This document shows, piece by piece, positions 12,187 through 25,370 of a DNA stretch of 64,000 bases. Every line of letters starts with the position of its first letter. Within the stretch, counting starts at the first letter, position 1. Both the position numbers and the translations under genes were made by a program. A model generated the notes under the pieces. That model was given only the letters and a program-made list of their open reading frames with translations, made no database searches and was not told the DNA's origin. This DNA comes from Eukaryota sp. TZLM1-RC (taxonomy: Eukaryota; Protista; Metamonada: BaSk clade), in contig JAUPSS010000005.1 of assembly GCA_040285825.1 (NCBI GenBank), positions 1,116,001-1,180,000 on the forward strand. Direction: 5' to 3'.

Positions 12187-14974
12187 TTAGGTTTTTATAA
12201 TATGAATAGAAAATAAATCAGCTTTATCTAACCCCACTTTTCTGACCTACGGCATCAATAATTATTGGCCATTTAGGTTAATAGGTATACCACTTTGACA
12301 ACACACAGCTTTTTGACAGAGGATATCTTTAGAAGATATCATGTCAGTTCCTTTCAACCAGAGCACTGACTTCCTTAAAATTAACATGCAGGAACACGAC
12401 AGGGATGCTTTCAGCATACACATGTCAACAGGAGATGTAATAACGACGAATATTGTTGAGGACTCGGGCTCGAGACCACCCTCCGCCCCTCCTCAAAGTA
12501 AACCCATGGATTCAGACACGGAACCACCGCCCGCCTCTTTCAAGTCCGAAATAATGGAACCAGGCTCGGAACCACATCCCGCCTCTTCCAAGTCCAACAA
12601 GCCACAAAAGGTTTCAGGAACGGGACCACCCCCCTCTTCACCTAAAAATACAAATAATGGGTCAAGTTCAAAAACTTCGTCTGTCCTGAAAGATTACGAA
12701 GAACCGTCCCAACAATTTTATGTCTACAACAAGGAAGAAGAAGTTCAGATTCATGGTTACGGGCGACCGATCAACGGAGCTCCACCAGAGACCTAAGCTT
12801 CCAGTAATTGCCCCCATAATATCAGAGAAAGAGCAACCGGTACAAGTCTGTTCCATTGATGTACTCCCTGATCACATCCCAACAGTAGATGTGACAGAAC
12901 TAATTCCTAACCCTAACCCAGATCTAACTCAAAGGAAATGGTCCACTTTACAAATATGCAATACGTTTAATTCTAACTGAAAGTTGCTTAGAGAATTATC
13001 TTTTGACTAGACATCTAACAATTTTCACTGATCATAAAAACATTGCCTTCCTGGCAACTGCGCCAGAGAAAAATAGGATTGTAAAGAGATGTTTGCCGAT
13101 ACTGTCTGAATTCGACTTTGACATAGTCCATGGACCTGGTGAAGATGACCACTGGGCAGATATGTTATCGAGAAATCGACCTAAATCAGGAGGAAGAACC
13201 TTCATCAATTTGCAGTATAAATATACCAAACACAATGTACTCAAATTATGAAATACCTCCTCTAATTGACGACTCAGATTCGGATTCTGAAGATCTCCCA
13301 TTAATAACGTCACTTAGCAGACACCAAGATTTACCCATTATTTCTTCTTGGTACTCTAAGATTAGATCAGCACAACAGATTGTCATAAACAATAAGGACT
13401 CCTTATTTGAAAACGCAATTTTTGATGAAAATACTCAAATTTGAAAAAATAATAAAAAAAATTCTGGTCCCAAAAAGTTTCAGAAAACAGGCTTTGTTAT
13501 TAACACATGGATTGATTCAATCTAGCCACCCAAGCAAAAACGACAGTCTACAAAAATTTTCTAAAAGCGACTTTTACTGGCCTAATATGAGAAAGAACCT
13601 CATAAAACATGTCAAAAGATGCCCAACTTGTCAAAAAACGGCACAAGTCAAACGAACAAAAACACCTTCCACAGGTTCCCTTTGGGCGGATCGTCCTTTT
13701 GCTAGAATAAATGTCGATCCGATTGGACCTTTGAATACTGATAGCGATGGTAATAAATACTTGATAGTTTTTTTAGATTCATTTACTGGTTATTCAATTT
13801 TAGTCCCTCTAAAGAAACTCAATGCCTTAGAGACCAAAGACACATCAATTTGGAACGTTTGCGCAATTTTTGGCATACCTATGTTAATTCACAGTGATAA
13901 TGGTCCTGAGTTCGCCACTGAGACTTTCAAGATAGTGCATAACAGATTAGCAATTGAGACGAGTAACTCAATGCCCCACTATTCAAAAAGTAATGGACTT
14001 GTAGAACGTAAACATAGAGACGTTTTGCAGTGCTTGAGGAAATTATTAATAGATTTTAATGATTATGGAAATTGGTCTACTTATGTACCCATATCCCAAT
14101 CATAAATAAATTCTACTAAAAGCAGAAAAACAGGTTTTACGCCAGACGAACTTATTTTTGGATCTTCGATTAGTCCAAGATCGGACCCTGCAAATATATT
14201 AGGAAACATATCAAAATTCGATTCCAATATTCCTTTAATAGATGATATTAAATTGAAAAATATTCGTTGTGCAAGAAAAAAGGGAAGAAGCAGAGCATCA
14301 CCAAACATTGAATACTCCAACTTCAGTAGATAATGCTAGTTCGCGTTTTATAGTATTTAATATTGGTGACTATGTCCTTCGTAAAACCAAACAACATAAT
14401 AAATTGCATGAATCTTGGAACGGACCATTCTTAGTAATAGATCATCCTTCCAACTCTATTTTATTATTAAAGAATCTTACCACTGGCACCCAATTAAAGG
14501 CTGCTAAGAAAGATTGCAAAATCTATAACGCTGAGAATCCACAGTATATCGAATTTCTTAAGACAGTCGCAGCAGGCGATGCTGAGAAACATGTTATAGA
14601 GAAAATCCTCTCAGAGCATAACTCTGACTCAAGTAGTTTCTGTACTGTTCAATGGTTTGGCGGTGAGACAACAGATGAGCCTCTCCATTCAGTTAAACAT
14701 TCAGAAGCTTATAAGTTATTGATTGAGTTGGTAAACGTACTTCGAATAAAAGAGGTCCTTCCAACGAGTCTAGCGCCTCTGAACGGCCTAGGCGTAGCAG
14801 TAGAAATAGGAATTAGTTTTAGTTTATTAATTATTTACTATAAGTTGAATATTCATATAAAACCAATTGATTTTGAAAAAAGGGAGAAGCAGTGTTGGCG
14901 CCTTTAGGCTTCTATAATATGAATAGAAAATAAATCAACTTTATCTAACCCCACTTTTCCAACCTACAGCATCA
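12187..14974 (+). mobile_element. Decayed, internally deleted Ty3/gypsy chromovirus-like LTR retrotransposon with ~70-82-bp LTRs
   Basis: Direct repeats 12187-12257 and 14893-14974 (TGTTGG...GCATCA); PPT aaaaaagggagaagcag before the 3' LTR; 5-bp TSD tttcc (12182-12186, 14975-14979); RNase H end, integrase and chromodomain present; no RT core seen. Confidence 0.88.
13003..14760 (+). pseudogene. pol remnant: RNase H C-terminus, HHCC-DDE integrase, GPF motif, chromodomain-like tail
   Basis: IFTDHKNI...DIVHGPGEDDHWADMLSR; FYWPNMRKNLIKHVKRCPTCQK; VDPIGP, HSDNGPEF, NGLVERKH; WNGPF; VIEKILSE...VQWFG; broken by frameshifts and stops. Confidence 0.9.
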
Positions 14975-17900
14975 TTTCCACATCTTAACTATGACACATG
15001 GTTTGCAACTACCATATCTCATTTTGTCTTTTCAACTTTATCCTTTATCGAAATCAATTTAATCAATTTTTTCTATTTCTGACGCTCAGCATCTGTTGAA
15101 AAACATCCTCAAAGCTCGTTGAAAAAAACCAACACTCTAATGCTCTGGCTATTTTTTTTGAGCTTCGTAAACATCTGATATGTCCATCTTATGAATACTC
15201 CTATCTTTGGGAAACATTCAAGTATCACGATGATCACAATTCACATTGTTCTGAACATCAAGTCTTTTTTTCAAGTTCAATTCTCTTGATGAAGTGCCAC
15301 TCTTTCTTCCTAGAAGGAACAATCAGTCTACGAAAGAGTTTTTGGTCAATAATTACTTTTCTATGTTGCCGCATCTTAACTATGACACAGGGTTTCCAAA
15401 TTCTTCTATGTCTATTGCTGCCATATCTCGTTTTATACTTTTAACTGTATGTTTTATCGAAATCAATGATTTAGTGTCCCGTCGGTTTTATTGATTTTAT
15501 TTCAATAATGGATTTTGTACAACCCCAGCGATTTTTTAAAATTACTTGATTGTCTTTCGCTTTTGGCCAATGTTGGGTCTCGTCTTAGTGATCAATCCAC
15601 CTTGTCAGATTCATTTGAAACTGTTTTCTATCCTTACCACAAATGGACTCTTCTCAAGACAAAGTTAGAAGAACTTTTTAAATATAAGTGTGCTGATGTG
15701 ATCAACTCGGACACTGAATCATTGTATTGGAATCAGTTTAGGAATATTGTTGAGACTTTATTTGATTTGGACAAGAAAATTATCGTATAAAGAAATTCAA
15801 AAATATCACATATAGCTTTAAAATTTTGAGAACGTTTTCTGAAGAAATTATTAAGAAAGCAAAATTACAAAATAAAAAACGTGAGATTTTGTCATTGTTG
15901 GAGTCAATGAACAAATTCACTCAGGACTATTTGAATTACTCTTTGATCACCACAGGACTGAAACAGTCTGTTAATCATGGCCACAAACAAACCTCCAAAA
16001 GTGACAACAATGAAGAATTTTGTTTCAACAAATTAAATCCAATACAAAATATGATAACACAGTTGGTTATTCTTAACACCGTTATTTTTTTTGAATGTAA
16101 CAACAGAAATAAAATGGTAGTTCATTAACAACTATTTGTAAGTATTGAACATAAAAAGATCCAAAAACATGTAGACTAAACAGAAACACCTAATCAGAGC
16201 TTTCTTGACCGTAATCAAGCTCACACAGTTAAAAACTGCATGATTGATGATTGCTCAGTCGTTTATGTATTTATGAACAGAGACTGTAAATAAAGAGAAT
16301 TACTCCCAATATTTGGTAGAAACTCTGAAATTGAAAATAGAATAAATGTAAAAAATGATGCTTGGGTATGTGAACTAAGCCTGTCAAAGATCTAAGTTGA
16401 TCTTGCAAATTAAGAAAGACTGTTTAGAAAAAAACTACAAAAACTTGAATGAAGGGTTAATCATTGAACATAAACGTGTGTTAAAATTAATAGAAAAAAT
16501 TGATTGATAACTGAAGAATTCCAAAAACAAAAGGAAGTCAAAAAAGTAACTATCCAACAAGTAACGAACAATTGAATTAGGAAATAATCAACAGTATCAT
16601 GTTGAAGCAGCAAAGGTAACGAAACTTTTTCTGAAAACATATAATAAAATGAGAAAGCATTTTTCAATGAGAAGTAATATGTGTTTTCTGAATTAATTAT
16701 ACATCATCACGATTGGAAACATCCATCTGGGTTCGAGTCTCAGTGTGCGACTTTCAATTCCATGTTGAACTCTTGCAGATGATGGCAGATCACAAAAATA
16801 CATTACAGAGGAGATGAGTTTAACACATCATCAGGAAGATATGCGATAAAGAAGGAGAGAGAAGGTAGAAACTGGTATAGAATTTCAGTGACAAACATGG
16901 ATTTCATGGAGATCGGGGGTGAAAGAAGGTGATACAAACAAAGGAAAAGAAGAAAAAGAGCCGAAACTAACCATAAGAGAGTTGGGTTGGCAAGGTGTCA
17001 GAGGATATCTTGAAAGGATATCTCAATTATTCACAGTTTTCTGCAAAGTTCAAATGTCTCATTTACTTTTGGCAGATGCATTTATACCTACCACTATTAG
17101 TGTGAATATATTTAGGTTATCTCAGGGTATGTTAATTGAGCTGAAAAGCTTGTTTTGACAACACTCTTTTGACAAAGACATTTTCCTAAAAAGCGATAGA
17201 GCTGATTTTGATTTAATAAAAGTCGATGTGATCAATTTCCAGGGTCTATCTGTACCTATTTTGAAGGGAAAACATTTGAATTAAACAATTAATTAGTTAA
17301 TAAAATAAGTAAAATTAGGTGGTATTATTCGAACGTAAGAAGATATGTATGCACTTCAACACCAAATATATTTTGTCAAATAGATACAATCATTGTTTAC
17401 CTTTCATTTTTGTTGAAATTTTGTTTTTGACAAGAAACTTGTTTTGTGGCTTAGAGAAAAGTTTGTGTATTATCAATATTAAACACAATTTAATTAATTT
17501 TTGATGGCACATAGAGATCAATATAGAATAGTTCTTATTATTTTTATTTGGTTAATAGTAACTATTTCATTAAAATGACGACTCAATACAGGTTCCCCAG
17601 CTTCACCGCTCTCCATCAACCCTTAGTTATATTGTACAGTCTTAATTTGCGTTGAAGTTTTCATTTAATGATAAAGATAAGAAATATTAGTCTTACATTG
17701 CGCTGAATACACCATGTGCGAAAATCAGAGAAAGTGTTGATCACACTACTTAACATTCAAAAGCATGAACCGGTTTGCAGTTGTGTTTAAGAATTTGTGC
17801 TTGTTGTATGGAAACAATGGGTGTTGGGGCCATTCATCAAAAGAAAGTAGATGTAAAATCAACAAGCGGTAGAGTGCCAAATTTTAGAGACAAAATCTAC

Positions 17901-18399
17901 AGCGGTGTATCCAATACAAAGTTAATTGTAATCCATTTTGAACGTGAAACATTGAGCAATTCAATTTGAGCTAAAATGGAAACTTTTCCAATCTGGTTCT
18001 CTATAAGCTATACTTAAACAGACATATTCAAAACAAATGGTCCTGTATATATCATTATTGACCACCAAATGTCTTCATAATCCAACATTGAGATAAGTGG
18101 TGTTTATAACTGTAATTTCATGAAGAACAACAAATGAAAAGTAGGAAACATTGAAGTTGACCTGTATCTTTTGTTTTTGAAAATGGTGCACAGAAAAAGT
18201 GTTTGAGCAAATCAAATGACTCTTAAACTTTTTCTTTGAAAATCGCGTTCTCTGTCTACAGATCTTTGATATTGAATGTTCCCAGTTTGAAGTCACTGTG
18301 AGGTACAACAAGGTTACTGATTCAGCTACCTAAAATAATTAAAAGAGGAAATTGTGTTATGTCATATTGTTTTAAGCAAGACAGGAAATGGACATTTAC

Positions 18400-18876
18400 G
18401 ATTATCGTAATCAGTTATCAACTGCTAATTGTGTAATAGTAAATTCTGTAATGGTAATTTTTCAATAAAAACATATTAAAAAATTAATGGTAATTGTGGA
18501 AGTTTTAGATTCAATAATATTACTGAATTTAGTGTCAAAAAGGTCAACAGTTGTCACGGTCAGGTCAGAATCATTAATTGAAATGATTGAATCCGTAGTG
18601 GAATCTGAATCAGCAATACCAACATTAGGTCCAGTAACTGTATTATTATCTTTAATATTGAAAACTTTACCTTGGAAATTTGTATTATTCATAGTCAAAG
18701 TAGTTTGGGTTAATTCAAAGTGACCATTAGTTGTAGTTGAATCACGAACAACAACAGTATCCACTTCAATAGTACAATCAACAGTAACAATAGTTGGAAA
18801 TTGATAATAACATCATAAGATTTAACAATGGTAATAAGAGGTTCATCATTAGCACATCCACTAATAACTTTACCAT
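18400..18876 (-). pseudogene. Fragment of a Thr/Asn/Ser-rich (beta-helix-like) surface-protein gene
   Basis: ORF 18462-18764 is rich in T/N/S/I/D with alternating hydrophobic spacing; truncated next to the GC-richer element. Confidence 0.35.
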
Positions 18877-21060
18877 CCGGTTTAGGCAGCCGGGTCCGTC
18901 CTCGTTAACACTTTCATCTTTTTCTTTTCTTCAAGGGGAGAGGGAGCCGGGTCCGTCCTTGTTACCTCTTTCACAACTGAAGAAACAGCGATTTTGTCCT
19001 TTCTTTCAACTGCTTCCTCGCTGGAGGGGAAGGTGGGATCCGGGTCCGTTTCCTCGTCAACCTTTTTTTGTTTGTTGTATGTTGTTGTTGTGTATCCTGC
19101 TGCGGAGTCAGAGTTTTCTTTCTGAAAGATAAAGAGTTATTAGTGTTATACCTTGACTTTAAAACGGTCAATAATTATTGTTGCCTAAAGTCAAATGTGT
19201 TGAAGAAAGTATGATTTATTTCATATGATAAAAGCCTCAGGGCGCCAACACATGCTCTGGATTAATCAAAATTGATAACTTGAAAATTTTTGTTAAATGA
19301 TGTTGTTAGAGACACTGTTGTTAGAGGTTCTGTTTCTTCAATCTGGGCTGGAACTTGATATGAAGAGATCGCTGGTTGAACCAAGCGTGTCTTTTCAGTG
19401 CGACCTTCTACCATGACCCATTTCAACATCCTGGATTCTATGCATCCATGGAAAACAGTGACGAGCTGGAGGGCTCTTTGAAGATTACCAAATCTTCTGT
19501 GGTCAGGACCACAATATGAAGCTTTTTGGTCCGGACGTCTGTCGTAAAGAAAGAGTCTTTCACCATATGTGGTTTCGGTAAACCACCACCCTGTTCTATA
19601 ATCTCTGTTGATAAGGAAATCGAGAGATTCATTGTACCCAGGGCTGAACCTAGGGTAGGGACAAGGGTTGTAGACGTTGATGAAACGTCTTCGTCTCCAG
19701 AGAAGCGACTGAATACTGCCTCTCGTGTAGTTCTCATGAACCTAACTCCGGGTCTAGGGTCGAAAGTTGGTTCTGGGTCATTCATTGGAGGTTTCTGAGG
19801 TGATCCTTTCATCGGTAAGATATGGACCAATTCTGGGAGAGATCCATAATCTTACGTCGTTCTCGTTTTGAGGACCGTAGAAAGAAGGACGTTTGTTGCT
19901 CATCTCCGTGGAAGGGATGGCTTCTGGATTCTCTGGAACGACCTGTGCATCCCTATACCTTGCATAAGGATTGTGCTGACGGGACGCACCATAATGAACA
20001 CTTGAGCTAACGTAGGAGCTAGTTTGAGTAGGGGTAAATTCAGCAGGTGTAGAGGGTGTTCATCTTCTAGTTTTAATCTCTCTATCCAGCCTTTTCCTGA
20101 GTTCCCAGTTTCGTTCTTCTTGGAAGTAACGTTCTAAATATTGTTTAGAAAACTCACAAGTTTCTCCATCAATTTCGGGTACAGGAGCCGTGCAAGGCAC
20201 CGAAGGTTGAGTTATATGAGAGGATTCCCTAGGAGGTTCCTCATAGTCAACCAGATCCGAAAAAATAGTTCAAACCTTTTCCTTTGCTCTTCGGAAAGAT
20301 GCGAAGGAAAGTTTGATGTCCTGAGAGAGGAATCTCTAGCTTGGGGAGGGGCAAAAGTCAGGTTGTTAACTCCACTTATTGTCGATGTAGTAAGAGGAGA
20401 TCCTGAAGTTGGAGACAGCAGGACTTTGAATAGTTCTCCTAACAGTTGGAACTGGAGGCAGGAGCTGTTGAGAGTGAGAGGGTGGAGCCTCAGAATTGGT
20501 AGAAAGGGATGAAGATGCTACTTCAATGGCCTTTGTAGGGAAGGAAGAAGGTTGGTCTTGCAATCCTTTCTTTGCGACGAAAGAAGTTTGACCAGTCTCT
20601 CATGTCCGAGTAGAAGGTGAAGGTGGTACTTCAGAGCTTCTTTCCGAGAGGGGAGAAGGTGGGACTTCAGATGCCCTCAATTGCGAAGGAGGGAGACGAG
20701 CAACGGAAGACTTCTTCCTTCCGAAGGAACGGAATCCTTGGGAGAGTTATCTCCTTCCACAGGAATGAATCCTGAGGAGGGGAGCTTCCTTCCATTGGAA
20801 CGGAATCCTCTGGAGGGAAACTGTCTTTCTTTGGGGTGGAACCCTCAGAGAGAGAGTCTTCAGAAAGCTCAGAGACTTCTACTGAAAAAGGGGACACGGG
20901 AACCTGGACTGTGGTTAGTGAAGAGAAAGAGGGACCAGTCTCCTCCTCAAGAATCCTACGTCGAGCCTCTGGGGACCCAATACGTATTAATGCTCCTGGC
21001 TGTTCGTTATGACGGGACATACAGTAAATGTAATGAAATTCATTACGAAGAGGAATGGTA
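18877..21060 (-). mobile_element. Unidentified decayed element with a Pro/Ser-rich gag/ORF1-like frame
   Basis: Abrupt GC-richer block; ATG at 21020 followed by frameshifted Pro/Ser/Glu-rich frames; three spaced GGACCCGG motifs (TRTDP repeats) at the far end; no diagnostic domain recognised. Confidence 0.4.
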
Positions 21061-22253
21061 TTCTCTCTTCTTAAAATAATAGGCGGAATACTAATAAACT
21101 ATATAAATAAACTATAAATACTATTCAAGACTAACACAATTGTTTTCAAGTTAGCTGGAAATAATTCCATTCCTCAATTTTAAAAAATCTTCTCAATCTA
21201 GAGAGTTACATGTTTGTTAAGTTGTTTTACAAGTACTTTTGACCGGTTATTGTACATAAAACACAGCTATTGTGGATGTCGGATATCCATGTGTTGGCAT
21301 CGTTTCTGTGATGTGTCTATACTTAATCCCAAAAGAGAATCTGATCTGGTTTCAAACTATTCCGAATTCATGAAAGGTTGTTTAATTAGCCATAATGATG
21401 CGTTCCGGAGTCCACCCTTTGCGGCGCTATTCTTCCGATGGCTTTTTCCCTCCAAAGATGGAAAGATAAATATTCCTAAAAAAACCAGCAGGATATGAGG
21501 CTATTGATAATCTACTCTACACCATTAAAGAAAGAAATGTTCGTAATTTAGAAGTCAAAATTGAACCATTTGTTGATACTTTTTCCAGTCCTTGTGATCA
21601 ATTCATACCAGACAGTGTTATCGACTCTAACAAAATTCATCCTCTTGTGTATAGCACCATATCAGATCTTAGGGATAAAAACAAGTCTAGGAGACGCAAG
21701 GAGATGTTTGCTGACCAAATTAAGAACTTTCTTGATACTCGGAGATTTGACCAATTAATTATAATTCTAATGCTTTTGACATTATACAAGAGTGTTTTAG
21801 GTTGATGAAACCTCACCTTGCGGACTCATCTCAATGTTAATTTAATTTCAATGGTTTTTGTTCATGAAAATATTGCTTGTCATCAATAGATGAGTACAGT
21901 CGGTTTCTTTGTGTATGTTAATTGTTTATATTGAATAAAGTTCCTCCAAATATTCCCTTTTATTATTTTGAAAATTGTGGTGTTAAGTTGGTGATGAAAA
22001 ACAGTGATTTGACAAATAGAATTAGAATCTAATCTGAAAAGAGTATTTTTAATTTTTATATATTTTTATTTATTCCAACAAAAACAAACTATACGACAAG
22101 GTTAAAATTCTTTGTCTTCATAACACAAATCAGCCAAGAAGAATTGACTGTAAGTTTTTCTTTCATAAAAGCGTCCAAGATCTTTAATCAAAACATTTTA
22201 TGTTTTAAAATCCTGATCCACTTACATTGACTCTACACTTCTCTGCTTTTGCA

Positions 22254-24461
22254 ATGCCTTATACTCAAGGTATTCATAGCGTTATTCGTGATAAGTCTTT
22301 CTCTACATGCCCCCATACTGGTGACAATTGTATCAATTCATTAAATTTCCCTTTCGATCATTTCCACGATACCATGGATCTAGCGGTTACATCTCATTCA
22401 ATTAATACTCAATGTACCTCTCTTCAAAGTGATCCTTCGATTTCTCAGGCTTTTGCCTTGGGATTCACCGACACCTCTTCACTGCATATACAGGCTTCCC
22501 CTTATACCCAGTCTTGCTCTTTTCCATTTGATCGGGAGATTGGTGTTAAAGCCATTTCTCTTGGCTTTTGTTACACCCTTCTTCTCACTTATTCTGGTGA
22601 AGTTTATGGTTGGGGCTCTAATCAGGATGGTCAACTTCTTTATAATGGACCTGACATTATCCAATCTCCAATCAAATTACCCCTATGCAACATTGTTTCT
22701 ATCTCAGCTGGTTTTGGGTACTCCCTTGCCCTCTCATCTGAAGGTAAGTTGTTTGGTTGGGGTAGGAATGATCAAAAGCAAATTTCCAAGTTAAGTAGAG
22801 ACTCGCTGCCAATTACACTTATAGACATTTCTTTTAATATAAAAACAGTTATTGCTGATCATGAATATTCATTTGCTTTAACACAGGAGGGTCAGGTTGT
22901 TAGATGGGGAAATGGTAATTCATTTGAATTAATGGAGGAATTAAATAATATTGTTTTTATTTCTATGGCCAATGATTTTTTTTCAGCAATTAATGGTAAT
23001 GGTGATTTCTTTTGTTATCACAGAAGGTGTGGAATTTTTATCGAGTTTGTTCCCATTGAGCTACCAGCAATGAAGGATGTTTCAGTTAGAAAACCAGATG
23101 AGGGCTCTTTTTCGTTTAACAAAGATTTAGTTGTTGTGATTGATATGGATAATAATGTTTGGAAGTTCAATAATGAGTATTTTGTCCCCTTTAATAACAA
23201 ACCCAGCAAAATTGAAGGTTTAAGTAGTATTGTTTTTATTAGTGGTAATAATAGTATTTACGCTGCCATGAATAGTAATGGTAAAGTTTTCATGTGGGGA
23301 TATTTGCATAGAGTAAGTAATGTTTATGAAATAAGTGAAGTACCAATATGTATTGAAGCTTTTACCGACATAGAAGGTATTTCAATGGGTTATAACTTCC
23401 TTTTTGCCTACAACAAAAACTCTGTTTGGGCTTGGGGAAGGAACTATGAAGGTCAATTAGGTACAGGTGATTTGATTGATCGACCTCAACCTGTCAAAGT
23501 ATCATTTGGTTCTGAAATTCTTGGCACATTTCAATATCCAAAACAACCTTTGGATAGAATGTTTAGTGGTCTTGTTAAGCTCGTTTATTGGGAATATCTG
23601 AATTTTTTGCAAAAGCACTTTGGTAATCATCCATATGTTAAAGCAAGATTTTACACCAAATGTGGTATCGGTAAGAGGGTAGCTCAATTTGCTAAAGAAG
23701 TGTTTAATGCTCATCCAATTCACAACAACATGTTTTTAAAAGATCCTCAAGAATTCAATTTAAATGAAAATATAATTGATTTGCAATTGCGATTATCCAC
23801 TAATTATTATGGATCCAAAGTAATTAATACTAGAATTAAAAAACTTGATGTTTGCTATGATGAAGTTGTTTATGATGTAAAACTATTGTCATTATTTCCA
23901 AATGTTGAGGTTGTCAAGCTTAGTGGACATTTGCCCAATGATTGCATGATTTCTGTTAACCTTGCACCTTTATCAAATCTTAAATGTTTAGAAGTTGATT
24001 ATGACCTTCATATAACACAATTACCCACTTCACTAGTGAAGTTAGTGCTTAGAGATTATAGTACTCACGTTAATGATCTCAGCTATCTCACATCATTAAA
24101 AGAGTTGGTGGTCTTATCTCGTGATATTTCTGAAGATATTGTAAAGAGAAAAACATCTTTACCTCAATCCATTGTTAGATTGGAGGTAGATTTGAGTGAT
24201 GTCAATATTGAATTACAATTACCAAACTTGAGGGAATTGGTAATCTATGGCGAAACTGGTGCCAATGTCACTGAACAAAATTTTCCTTCTTTGAAATTCA
24301 TTAAGTTGATTACCACTCATAAAGAAAATTTGTTTGCTTTTCCGCTATCTCCAGCACCATTTCTTAATCAACGTTCAATTCAATCAGTTAACCTAATCAA
24401 AAATGACTGTTTGGTTGAATTATCTAGTTTTCCATGGTGGATCCAGTATTCAGCTGAATAG
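22254..24461 (+). CDS. RCC1-repeat (beta-propeller) protein with C-terminal LRR (FNIP-like) region
   Basis: VYGWGSNQDGQL, LFGWGRND, WAWGRNYEGQLGTGD; C-terminal LPTSLVKLVL, LSYLTSLKELVV, LPNLRELVI; first ATG at 22254. Confidence 0.88.
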   Translation: MPYTQGIHSVIRDKSFSTCPHTGDNCINSLNFPFDHFHDTMDLAVTSHSINTQCTSLQSDPSISQAFALGFTDTSSLHIQASPYTQSCSFPFDREIGVKAISLGFCYTLLLTYSGEVYGWGSNQDGQLLYNGPDIIQSPIKLPLCNIVSISAGFGYSLALSSEGKLFGWGRNDQKQISKLSRDSLPITLIDISFNIKTVIADHEYSFALTQEGQVVRWGNGNSFELMEELNNIVFISMANDFFSAINGNGDFFCYHRRCGIFIEFVPIELPAMKDVSVRKPDEGSFSFNKDLVVVIDMDNNVWKFNNEYFVPFNNKPSKIEGLSSIVFISGNNSIYAAMNSNGKVFMWGYLHRVSNVYEISEVPICIEAFTDIEGISMGYNFLFAYNKNSVWAWGRNYEGQLGTGDLIDRPQPVKVSFGSEILGTFQYPKQPLDRMFSGLVKLVYWEYLNFLQKHFGNHPYVKARFYTKCGIGKRVAQFAKEVFNAHPIHNNMFLKDPQEFNLNENIIDLQLRLSTNYYGSKVINTRIKKLDVCYDEVVYDVKLLSLFPNVEVVKLSGHLPNDCMISVNLAPLSNLKCLEVDYDLHITQLPTSLVKLVLRDYSTHVNDLSYLTSLKELVVLSRDISEDIVKRKTSLPQSIVRLEVDLSDVNIELQLPNLRELVIYGETGANVTEQNFPSLKFIKLITTHKENLFAFPLSPAPFLNQRSIQSVNLIKNDCLVELSSFPWWIQYSAE

Positions 24462-25370
24462 TAATTGATTAATTTTATCTTGTCTATGTCAATACCAAAA
24501 AACAATAAAATATATTGCTAGTTTTTATCAATTCTTGTGTATTGTTCATTTATTCATTTTATTTTTTTCCAATAATTTATTGCTTTTTTTAAAATTCTTT
24601 TGTCTACAATTTTACGTTATTAAAACTCATACTATATCGTCAGAATTTTAGTTTTTTATCAATTTGTTTAAAATCAAAATATGAAACAAATATCGTTAGC
24701 GATCTCAATTATGAAAGGAGAGGTTGAAACAGTTGAATTTCGAAAACGGATGCTGGTAATTTTGGAATTCTTAATGTAGAATAATCAAGATTTCTGTATA
24801 TCATTTAATGATGATTTGTGTAGATTAATAACAAGTAGTTTTGTTTGAGAAATCTGCCAATCAATCAGGAAAAATATCCTGAACTTTGTGCTCATGAAGC
24901 AACAACAAACGACAAGTGTCAGTGCAATTTATCATCTAAATAACCACAATTATTGAATACAATGATTTATCGAAGCTCATTGATAAATAAACTACAAACC
25001 CAGCTATTATAATTACTTGTGATTCATTTGTGATTCACTCACCATGGATGTAAGTTATTTTTTGTATATCATTATCCTAAGGTAAGTTCAAAAGACAAAA
25101 TTAGGTGGGGTTAATCTCATCCATACCATATGTACAGTTGGAACTAATAGGTGTCAGATAGACCCAATTTGTGAATTGCATAAAGAGGAGATAGCTCTTC
25201 TGGTTCAGTATCTACATCATTTTTTGTTGGTGTTGAACTACTAGCGTTTGTGTTTTATGACATTGCAAAAGGAAGTCAATAAAGAGGTCCAATTCGAATC
25301 ATTTATCCTTCATTCAACTACCACCTTCTTATCCCTTCAATACACACACATACCTTCATCTTAACACCAA

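Noticed and set aside
16727-16751. tRNA-like T-arm CTGGGTTCGAGTCTCAG
   Set aside because: Only the T stem-loop is present; no complementary 5' acceptor strand, D arm or anticodon arm upstream; at most a tRNA/SINE relic
18976-19030. Hammerhead ribozyme (CTGAAGA core)
   Set aside because: No stem II followed by GAAA and no closing stems could be built
21200-21780. Possible tyrosine recombinase or Fanzor/TnpB remnant on the minus strand
   Set aside because: Coding-like but heavily interrupted; no convincing catalytic motif; needs an HMM search
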